Under the pieces are notes generated by a model. The model did not search any database. It was not told the DNA's origin and saw only the letters and a list, made by a program, of their open reading frames with translations. From assembly GCA_002633005.1 (NCBI GenBank), contig NMRA01000032.1:848911-912910 (forward strand): a DNA stretch of 64,000 nucleotides, given 5' to 3'. A program made the position numbers and the translations under genes. Numbering within the stretch: position 1 is the first letter of the stretch; each line of letters starts with the position of its first letter. Origin of the DNA: Phoronis australis (taxonomy: Eukaryota > Animalia > Phoronida). Shown in pieces: positions 13,092-25,000 of the stretch.

Positions 13092-16000
13092 ATGTATAAC
13101 ATGTTATCTATTTTAGTATTATGTATAACAGTCATATTGTCTGTGAACATTAGAGAAGGTAAGTTATTGATATTTTTCATATATTTGTAAAAATCGCATT
13201 GTGTTTTGAACTATTATGCGTACCTGGTGTATTTTGATTGTTAATTCACAAATCCTGATAGTCCTCTGTACTACCCCCTGAAGGCAGTTGGTAAACTCAG
13301 AGACTCAACCACACAAAATCGGTTACTTTCAGTTTCATAAACTGGATAATGATTCCCATTCCAAAGCAGATTGACATAGGCAAGTGAAAAATGCGTCAAA
13401 AAGCCATCAAACTTGGCACATACAGTCAATGGCAATGCAACTAGTTGTTAAAATTTGAGACCGGTGATTTTCAAGTCTTAGGGCACAATTAGACAGGAAG
13501 TGTCCCATTTATGAAACTGGCCTTTCGTCAAACACTAACTTTTGATTTTGTCCACTTACACTTAGATTTCCGGACTTGGAAATAGCTGAGTTTGTTATAG
13601 CTTGAGACTAGTGAACAAGCTGACCTGGGTCATTTAATGCGCCGAGCAAGATAATCAATTGTCATTTTTTCCGAACCCAGGCACAACTTTTCGTCTGGGT
13701 TAAGAAAAAGTTGAGGCCAGTTTTATAGCGGTAACCGGTTTCAACCAAAAGTTAGTTGCTTTGATGGAACGAGGATTTGCAAACGCTTTCACGGCGTTTC
13801 CCCGTAAAGTTTGAATCCATGTTATTTTAAGTACCAGCGTCATTTTGTCTTGCAACAATGTTCGCGGCTTTCATTTCAGCTCAAGCGCGCAATGTTGAGA
13901 GCGTATGGTGGTTGCGTTAAACTTTCCTTAGACATGTTATTTCCGTTTCCTTTCTCTTAAAAGCTTCATAAAAGGAATTAGACGGCAAACCAATCTAGTT
14001 AAAATTCATTCTCAAATGTTAGTCTTCCAACACATAATCAAATTAACCAGATTTAAATGCGGAATTTTCAACAAGAAATTTCTACTTTCATAAAATTGAT
14101 TTCATAACATTCCTTGCTGTGATAGGTTTCTATTACCAACAAAAAAAACACCAATGACACAAGAAAAGCTTCAACAGTTTATATTGATGTTTGCAAACCC
14201 TAAAATTACGAAATTGAAAATGGCTAGTGTACGCATTGCACGTGTCTTGAGCTGCCGGCTGATTCGGCAGCAATTCAAGATGGGATAACTTTAGTAAAGT
14301 TTTAATCCCCGAAGAAGCGCTTCGGTTAGGAACAAAACAATGACATCTTAACAGCGGTGAAGTGACCCTTTAGTTATCATTTGTGACGCATGAAGGTACG
14401 CTCTGTTGCTGTTAATGAGATACGATATAACGAAAAGTTTACCTATTCAAAATGAAATGAAAATGTCAATTCCAAGAATCCGTTGTTAATGAAAGCTTGT
14501 TAACTGAAGCTTAGAATAATAAGCTTCTGCACAGTTACGGAAGACATATTGGTTGCTTAGTTTTTCAGAAGCTGCTAAACAACTATAAAACTAGAAACCT
14601 GCGTTACCAAGGGAGACATTCCTTTTTGATACTTAATTACAGCTCAAGGAACGATATAATTAATGTCCACGTCAAGTCACAGAAATTTATGAGGTACGGT
14701 TCCACTTTGGATTTTCGGAACCCCACAAATTTCCCTTTCCAACTCCTTAGACTTGTAGAAGGATTTATAATATTATCTGTATCCTTAAAACTCTTAGTAC
14801 ATACTGTGTACTCATTTTTGACAACGTGGAATCTTCTTGAACTGCTTCTGGCTCCATGAGTTGAAAATTCGTCTGCCCAAAATCCCTACAAAATGGTTTT
14901 GTTTATGAAACAAATCCCTACGACAGTAAGGTCCCAACAAATGGCTTCCTCTTCCGCGTCCACTCTCTAAATGGGTGGGTATCCTAATTTTTCAACTGCC
15001 CCGGAGTAGTAAACCAAACTGAAACTCTTGATGAGCTCGTTTTCAAATAAATTGAAAAATTTTTAAATAAACCGCGATAATTTCTTTCACCTATTTAGCA
15101 CAGAATAGCCGAAAAGGGAACTTCATTTTGATGAAATTCTAAAAACAACAAATATTAAAAACGTAAGAACCCGCACCTGCTGTCAAAAAGTAACTTTTGG
15201 TTTACGACCCTTTCTTTTGTAAGATCGGTATTACCTTGTTCCCTTATCATATTAGAAGTGATTTGTGGATATGTGGAAAACTGACAATTCGTTATTGCTT
15301 TAAATCAACTGTATTACTTGTCACGAGGGGGTTAGTTAATTAGCCGAAGCGCTATGTTTTTCAGTCGGTAACGGCGCAACCTTTATTATCTCACTCCCCG
15401 TGTATACTGCGCTGCTGTTAGTTCACAGTAAATCCGCAGCACTGCACGTCTATTCGCAGCGCACCCAAGTGGTGACAAATCCTGAACCTGTGTTGCATCC
15501 CAATGCAAACCATGTCCTACAGACAGTGCATTTGTATTGTCGTCGAATCTATACTTATAAGACTCTTAGAATAATTCGTTATATACAGAATAATAACAAA
15601 ACGGTGTTGCAAGTAGTGTCCTTAATGCATAAGTGACAGTTAGTCATCTCACGTGACTTTCCAAATACGGAAATCAATACAGTTAAGAACTTTTCGGCTC
15701 ACATGAAGCCGACTGCGCGTTGGTAGCCTGACGGAGGCTATAGTGTATCAAGGTTTACTAAGTGAGAGGTCCAAGAAAGATGCCGACCACGTGACTTTCA
15801 TAATGGTTGTTTCGGATCAGATGGGAACAAATAACCCACGGACCTTTACAATACCAAGTAATGTTCAATCCATCGATTGCGGTCAATTTTTACTCTACTG
15901 CCGAGATTCTAGAGTTAAAACAAAACGAAATTTACGGACTATAAGAAAACGTCACCTCTATGTCTTAAGGACTTAATATCTAATTATTTTTGTTGCAGTC

Positions 16001-19000
16001 TAAAATGACAACATCTGGTTGATTTTGCTTTGCTTCGAACAGGGTAGTACATATATGCATGTTATTTTGCAAGAAGAGTACTTTTGTTCAAAAGAAAACG
16101 TGATTGCTGAGTATAACTTACATATCATGTTGCTAATCTTGATTGCAGTACGCAAATATGAGAGAATACTCGTTGGGATTAGTAACGCGAGAAGCAGTTT
16201 AATATTCAATAAATTACGTACGTTTATTTTCCAACTTTTCTGCTACGTAACCCAATACTAGCGGCGTGTTCTCGCGTGTGCATAAATGGTTGTTACCATC
16301 GCTAAGGTTGGAGTTTAAAAAGGAATCACCGAAGAGAATAGTGGTTTTCTGAGACCAGCCTCAGCGCGGAATCGAATCTAGAACTCCCGCTGTTGCAATC
16401 TAATTGACTGCCGTTGAACCGAGCTAAATCCCAGTTGATAAACGGCAAAGTATTTTTTGGTATTTAACTGGTAAAGTCAGCGACCCTGACCTCAGCGAAT
16501 GTGTGGTAGACATTGGGGAGAATTGAGGATTTGTCAAGTAATCGCAAAAACACAACGAATTTTGTTTTACAGCTCTTGTCAAAGCTAAATAACTTCAAGA
16601 TGCTTTGCTATCCCATCCAACACAAATTCCAAAGTGCGTTTTTCGGCCGTAAAATCGATAGCAACAGCTTCTTATTTAATTTGAACTTTTCTTATCTAGT
16701 AAAATTTTGCTTTTCAAGGACAAAAATGGGGACACCCATATAAATATATGTGTTTCTACGTAAAATATGATTATAGGTGGGTACACCTGTCAGTAAGTAT
16801 TGATCAGCGAAGTCTCTCTTTGTAACTGGGTACACCAAATTCGGGATGGGTCTATCTATAAGCTGGACCCGTCGTGATGGGTCCAGTTATAATTATATAG
16901 CGTGACCCGCAGTGATGGGTCTATCTATATAAATATAACAAGACCCGTCGTGATGGGTCCAGTTATATTTATATTGCATAACCCGCAGTGATGGGTCTGT
17001 CTATATGAATATACCTGGACCCGTCGTGACGGATCCAGTTATATCACTGGTAAAGTCAGCGGCCCTGACCTCAGCGAATGTCTGGTAGACGTTGGGGAGA
17101 ATTGAGGATTTGTCAAGAAATCGCAAAAACACGACGAATTTTGTTTTACAGCTCTTGTCAAAGCTAAATAACTTCAAGATGCTTTGCTATCCCATCCAAC
17201 ACAAATTCCAAATGCATTTTTTGGCCGTAAAATCGATAAGCGTTCTTTTAAAGAGGCCTGGGACGCGCTAAATAGACTAAATTGTAATATTAATAAATGG
17301 TTCTCTGCCACTGACACAGAATTCAACTTGCTCACCAGGTATTTTTAGGGTTTTTTGGTAATGATTTTTAATTTCTGTTTATATCAAAGCATTTTCTTGT
17401 AGTTTTAAATTAAAAAAACATCTCTGTCAACTGCTCGCTTCTTCGTCGATTTTTCTCCCACAAAGTAAAGTACGGCTCCTTACTTGGTACGGCAAAACCT
17501 AGACGTAGCACCCTTCCCTTATATAGAAAATGTGACCATTGACCTCAAGCGACTTCAAGCATTATAAGTGGGAGGAAATTAGAAACCCTGTGGTAACCAT
17601 AGAGTTTTTCCTTGGCACGTATTTCAAAAATCGTGAGTTGTGATTTTTTCTGAAAGTTTTCTCACAGGGGAAAGCGAATTACTCTGTACAAGACGATGGG
17701 AGATGCTACTTTCGTCAGGAATTGTTTAGAAGATATTTTTGACGAGCTTTCGCGTTCGCTGTCTCTTTAAGGTTTGTGAGTGTGTCGCGTGCAATTTAAA
17801 AATGTTAGGGACTATACTCTATGAGCGAAAATACAAAACTTTCCAATTTTAAAATAAGCTTTCCATGAAATTCTTAACCTTGCAATTCTAATTACCTTAT
17901 TAATTATGTATTGCATTTTACGGATGATAAATACTTCACACTGTCTATTGTCCTCCAATTGATTACAAAACCTGTTAGACAGTGACAAAATAAATTATTC
18001 AGTCTAACTGTTGAAAACGGTGGTTGTGGGTCTCATTCAGCAGTTTGTCGTGGTTAATACTACAGTGCAACTAGGTATAAAGCCCAATTAAGGACTCGAG
18101 TACATTGCACACCGGGGATATGCAACTACATTTTTAAAGGGGCGTGAACACCCTGTGCAATGCATTAGTAATATACCCTATGAAGGGACTACGCCGATCT
18201 TTCTTCCGGCGCAGAAACATTTTTCACGAGTACGGAGCTTAATTGCAACGCAACTCTACACAGGCCCGATGTGAAAACTTCTTTAACAATGAACCCTTAC
18301 TTAAAAAAAACCTTCTACACACATCCTGTAGAATAACGTACAGCCCACGGACTTTCAGTGTTACTTAAAAACATACTCTCTTAAAAGTATCTACGTTATT
18401 CCGCACTGAATACCTACTTTGTGGAATTGTAGCCCTTAATAATTATGACTTAGGAACTACATTCCACCCTCAAAAATTCTTCTTAGTAATTCCTAGCTGA
18501 CATTTTCCAATTATAACCAGAAGTCTCTTACTCCTGTAACCAAGGCAAGTAAAGTTGGTAGGATGTTAAAGTCAAGCGTCGAGGTTCACAGTGTCAAAGA
18601 GTCAGTAAATACGCAGTTTAGTAGCTATAAACCAGCTTTCCGTAAAAATAACTTTAGATGTAGACATAAACTGTCGTTATTAAGTTCCTTACTCGGATTA
18701 GAGGTGATTTCAGCACTTCGGAAAAACTGATGGCATTGCTTGAGACAAGACTCAAAGAGTTGGCTTGTCACGGTAGGTGATAACTTGCCTCGATCACGGT
18801 CTCAAAAAATAACGAACTGTCAATTCCTTGTCAGTTCGTTCCAATACCTGAAACCTTTCCCAAATGAAAAAGTATTTGAGACTAGTTTTTAAGCGGAGAG
18901 TTTATAGCGGGTTTAAAGGAGAATGCCACAAAAAACGTCTTTTGTATCAATTTAGATCTAGTAGATCCACTCGATAACAGCAGTTCTTTTACTTGACACC

Positions 19001-22000
19001 AGAGGGCAGACGGAGGGGCTGAACTTAACCAATGACGTCATAGGTTCTAACACAGCATGTTCATCAGTTCACAACACGCTTACTAGTGTCACTGAGCTAA
19101 TCGATTGACTTCATCTCCTTACATCAGTAAACCATCAAAATTCGATCTAAATCCTTTCAAATACATTGAGTTTTTAAACAAACGAATTGTTTTATCTCGG
19201 CATAACGGATTTATAGAAAATTGCAACGAACCATAGCGTACAAAGTTTGGTAAGCCAACTTACCAAAGTCGGTGGCGGTAATTGAGCTTGGATCTGTTTG
19301 GTGACAAATTAGAATATTTTTTTCGGTAAAATACAGACAGGAGAGCATAGCCGTGTGTTGTGATTTTAGACTTGCGAATTTTTTCAGTTCTAAGGACAAA
19401 AAACACTCGGTATAACCCAGTGTCTCGGAACCAGGTCGCGTGCTGGAGACACCACAAAAAACCGAAAGAGTTAGTCGGCTGTCAAAGTTGAAAACTGAAC
19501 CTCCTGTCACGAAAAGATTAGACTACTGAACCAAAGAAATAATGTGCACCTGAATATTTTCGTGAATTGCAATCCTACTTGTCGGGGCCGCGAATTCAGA
19601 CTCCACTTCCACTGACTGTCAGGGCAAAAGTTGCACAGTAACAATGACTCGATTTATGTATATGTATATCTAAATAAAGATTCCTTTAACATCTGATCAT
19701 AGCACATAAAATCGATTCATTGTTTCACAACAGCTTTCTGTCGCCAAACACTGAATTAGCATGCGCTCACACGCCCTAGTCGGATGCCCTGTCAGTTACC
19801 GTTTCATTGCATCTGAAGCTGGTGACGCAAATTGATTTATTTATTGTAGTTTTCTCAAAACATTTGCACTAAAGAACACTCCAGAAGCATTACAGATTGT
19901 ATCTACAGGTACTTCAGATTTATATAAACATAGGGTGAGAACAATAATTTTGACTGAAACAAGGCAATGCCGGTCACAGACACGGAGATATGTCACGGCC
20001 TCATACTCGATATTAACAACGTACTTTTCATTCTTTACTGCGGCGAGCTACTTCTGAAGCATTTCGGGTTCTCGAGCAAATCGAAAAAACGATATACCCG
20101 CTTTCCTCGCAGCTTCATGGTTCGCACAAGCAGGAACGATACTCCAGACGTACCACTGAGACACACATTCAGCTCGAGAACCACTGACAGCTACGTCATT
20201 TACTCACCTTCCTCATAAGTTAACGCTACACCTCTCGGTTAGGTGAGATCGACCGCATACGAAGTGATGTGGATATAGACCGATTAAGACGGTAAAAACG
20301 GTGGGCATTCTCTTTTCAGATCTTAAAATGGAAAAGCATCTTTAGCGCCCTTTGCCAAAGAGTGGATGGGCCCGTCTCACGTTACGAAATGACGCCTAAA
20401 GACTCAGAGTCTGTTAGTTCCAGCTGCATTTCCCCCTGTTTAGTTGACTGAAAAACGAAAATCGAACAATGTCATTTCCTCTCAAGAAATCCATCTCGTA
20501 ATGTTTCTCACCATGATAGGATTCTATTTCCGTTACCGACTCAAATCACAGGCAATGTATACATACGCCAATTTCGAATTCGGAATTTTAGGATTGGCTA
20601 ACCCCCTAAACTCCGATTCGAAGCGTTTTCTTGACTCGCGGATAGTCTCGATAATCTTGTTGGTAACAAAAGTGGAATCGTACACCAAGGAGATCGAAGT
20701 TTTAAGGGTAAAAAGTCTAATTAGATTTTCTTTCCTAGCCAGATAAACACGGTCAAATGCAGTTTTAAACTGTCCGTATAACTGTAAAAATAATCGAGGT
20801 ACAAATATATTCAATTTTGTCCAACTCTGCGCCGCGTCTTTACCACTTTCGCCGCTTCCGCTCTCACCAGTATTCACTTTTTCACCCAGTTGCCCTCAAT
20901 TTTAGTCTATGACGCAGCAAAGCATTGAAAACCAGGAGGCTAGTTCGGCACCTCCTCATTCCACGGCTCTGTGTAAACAAGATATTAGAAACAAAAGAAG
21001 TACACCATTTTGTCTCCCAGTCACGTGAATACTGAGAAAACAACAATGAATGCATTTCTTTTCCCTTTTACGTCAGGCAAACTTTCACTAAAACCCGGGT
21101 ATGAGAATTTTGAAGCAACGCAAGCGTTTCGTGTTTACATCACCGGAAATTTGCATTAACCGCTGGTATGTTATAACAAACGCGTGTCCGGAGATTGACT
21201 GCAGACATCAAAAATCGTTAAATGCCTGACTATTGATAAGGCAATCTAACGAAAGTAGTGTTTTGTAAACGGTCGCAGCTTATTTCTATAATCAATTCTT
21301 TCAATTCATATGATAATGGATAGCAACGAAATTCATTTCAAGCATGTAATCTCAGTCAGTCACCGAGCAATTTGACTTAATCAAAGTCCTTTTACATATT
21401 ATCGGCTTGTGCCTTTTCATATCTAGTTCTGACAATAGTATCTCATCAAAACGATTGCTTCTGTTGCTATCATTGTGACCATGATTCGAAAGAGAAATAT
21501 TTTACGGAACGCCCGGCAAAACAGAAAAGAAAAAGATTGCAGGCGGTCCATTGCCTGAATTACGTCATCGAGCGTACGCAGGACGCGTAGGTCTGACCGG
21601 TTACACAAAAAGCCTGATTTGAAACTTAATTTAGCAGTGTGAAGATAGTGCGCTAGACCTTCGATGATCTGGGCCATCATGAGATAACAGCACATTCGTG
21701 GCTTTTACACGCACTGTGTCTAAATTGAGTGAAAAGGGCTGTCCTAACGTAGGAGTCATGTCGCTTAAACATCACTCAACATAACTCTTCATCCACAGAT
21801 ACTATTTAGTATTGCAAAATCAATGCTGGTCGAAATATGCATAACATGTTTTAAAGTGCCCTCTGTCTGTGCCATGTCAACACGCAACCGTTGCTGTTGT
21901 ATGTAGTCCTAATCCGATCATCTCAGCTCAGGGCGTGACAACGATTTCATGGCTGCATCTCTAAATTCCAGCTACGACCCCTACTCAGCTGTGACTCCCT

Positions 22001-25000
22001 ACGAAAGGTTGCCTATTCCAACAAAATTCCTAACAAAAGTGTAAATAATAGGACCACGGCTCCAGATGTTGCTGGAGCTCAAACCATGCACTGAGGCACA
22101 CTGTCCCCTCAAAAGTGTTCACCATGGGAGTTCAAAGCTCTGTAAAGGCCTAGTCCTGTTCAATCTTACTACACAAATATACAGAAAGTCGGATTTTTAG
22201 CATTATCTATATTTCCAAAACTTGCAGATGTTCTAATTTTTGTTAGCATGTCATCTCTTCTGGTACAGTCGATTTCAGGCTAAATGAGTTAAGCATTTAG
22301 CTATGTCCAGGCAAGCCGGTTTAGTTACATCTTTCCTTTACATAGGATGAGGTTCGCCAGTCTAAAGATATCACTAGCATACATATTTCGTTACTTTCAA
22401 CCTTGTTTGTGTTTGCATTATTTTACAACATATTTTTTAAGAAGGTGGGGTTGTGCAAAAACCTCATTATTTATGGCGGCAGTTGAGTGAGTGCCCACAA
22501 TACATGAATCAGCTGTCACTCAACTACATGTGGTCTCTAATAAGTTTTTCAGCTGCGCCTCCGTCAAAAATACATTCTACTACACCTCAGTTGTTTAGTC
22601 CTCGGGTATGAAGTCAGCGGATTACCAAGAGAATTTTCGGCGCGTGTGTCAGGAGTTTAGGGGTGCGAGTCTAGGATTTGTACGGCAGGTTTTGGTGATC
22701 GCTGGTGCGGAACCAGGGGATAGGAACTTGAGCCTGGCAAGGTGTCCGTTGCTATGGAATTTAAAGACACGGCAATGGAATCGTTCGCGACACCTGCAGT
22801 TCAACTGAATGATTACAAGCAAAAATAATAATTGACATTAGTTGTGAGTCAGCCAGTACGCGGAACAGATCAGCTGGTAGTGTTAAACAAATCAATATCT
22901 TGTGAGATACCTAATTAGTAGGCCACCACATGATATGGAAATTACTCGTGATTATTAGCATAAAACAAACTTGAAAGCGCAGAGCATAACTCGTTTAAGA
23001 AGAGAAGTACTTGTTGATGTAATTGTTTCTGTTTCCGTTACGCGATTAATCATATTCTTTTAACTTCAACTTTTGATTGCCAACTCAGTACAGTAAGAAA
23101 ACTTGATTTCGTGTTTTTTATAGCATGATGAAAAAATCTGGATCGGCCATGATAACTATTAGTCACTTAGTGTACTAAGATTGTTTAATTTTAATAAATA
23201 AAAATGGTGCCTGGGGTCCAATCTAATAAAAAATGCTGTACACTTCTTTTACTAATGATGAATTTTAATTAGTAGAACATTTACGGATTGGTAAACATAT
23301 TAAGTAAAGTCTCTTTAAACATCATCAATAAAGGTTGCTACTTTGGGCAGGTGATAATGATATACTGTTTAAAGAACAAGCCGGATATAGAAAATGGTAC
23401 AGAACCGCAGATCAGATCTTCAAATTAAATGCCCTCGTACAAAAAAAAATTATGCAAAAGAAAGGGGAAATGTTATGTTTTATTTATTGACTTTGCCAAA
23501 GCCTTTGACTCTGTTCAACACAAGATTCTGTTTAATATCCTGCTATGAAATGGTATACACGGAAATGTTCTGAAGGTTGTGAAATCGTTGTACAAGAACT
23601 TAAAATCATGTATAAGAGTTCATGGCCCACATACAAATAATTTTAGTTGTAATACAGGCGTTAGACAGGGGTGCATCCTTAGCCCCTTTCTGTTTACATT
23701 GTTCCTAAATGAACTGGTTATGATGTGGAAAGATTCCTCGTGTTCAAGTGTTTTTATAGATTCCTAGTCACCTGATATTTTATGCTTATTGTACGTTGAC
23801 GATGTAGCAACCATTTCGTCTACTCCTAACAATCTGCAAAAACAAATTCGAGTTCTTGAAAATTTTTGTGACAGAGTTGGAATGGATATAAACATGTCTA
23901 AAACTGATATCATGGTTTTTCGAACTGGCAGACCACTCATGATGTGTGAGAAATGTTTTTTAAATCTTCAGAAATTAATATAGTTACATCTTATATGTAC
24001 CTTGGCAGTATTTTCTCCTCAAGCCTTGTATGGACTAAAAATTCTGAGGAACTAGCCACGAAGGCAAAAAGGTAGTCCATAGCATTGTTCGGTTGGACAG
24101 ATATATTGGTGGTTCAGATGTTGTGACGGCTCTGATAATCTTTGATAAAGTGGTGACACCAATTCTAATGTATGGAGCTGAGGTTTGGAGATTTCAGAAG
24201 TACAGCGCCATAGAAAGTAAATTATACAAGTTATATTCTGTAAATACATATTGAGATGTGGCTCAAATACTGCCAACGCCGCTGTGCTGGGTGGAGTGGG
24301 TCTATATCTTTTGTATGTTAAGTACTTTATAAGATGTGTAAAATACTGGTTACAATTACAAGAAATGCCAGAGTACAGATATCGCAGAAAATGCAATAAG
24401 ATGTTGAAGTCATTAGATGACAGTGGTAAGGAGGTCACTTGTATCAAACATTTACTACTGGGATATGGTTTTGGCTTTGTTCGGGCACAACAAAATGTTG
24501 ACGATATTGGTGTATTTTTGAAAATATTTACGCAGAGAGTTAAACACTGCGCCTTCCAAGAATGGGAGTGTAAAGTTAGAAATAGTAGTAAACTTGTACT
24601 TTTTGCCCAAGTGCATAAGAACTTAAATGTTGATCCATATCTGAAAGTTATAAAATATGGTGAGATTTGCTGGTATATAACTAAAATACGTTGCTCTTAG
24701 CATACTCTTGAAGTCGAGGTGGCGCGAGGAAGAGTAGATAGAGGACTAAGGCTGTGCAAATATAGCAAGAAAATTAATTTGTATGAAACTGAAGACGAAT
24801 TCCACTTCTTAACAAGATGCTTTCTGTGTGATCACTTAAGAATCCAATTTATTCCACAACTGTCACACTGCGATACTACATTATTTAAGTTACATGAATA
24901 ACGTTTCAAGTACCTTCTTGGTTAATCTAAATTCACCAAGTAAGCTTTTCTCATAAGAGTCAGTGTCTAAATGCATCAGCGTGTCTGCTTGGTGTGTACT

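Noticed and set aside
16841-17045. CRISPR-like array of palindromic repeats
   Set aside because: Spacers are not unique (they alternate between two related AT-rich types), cores are only 18 bp, there are no cas genes and the context is a eukaryotic intron.
19967-20218. Similar small ORFs here and at 46103-46429 (MPVTDTEICHGLIL...) suggesting a gene family
   Set aside because: Both lie in copies of the same non-autonomous transposon; similarity is at the DNA level, with indels and different ends.
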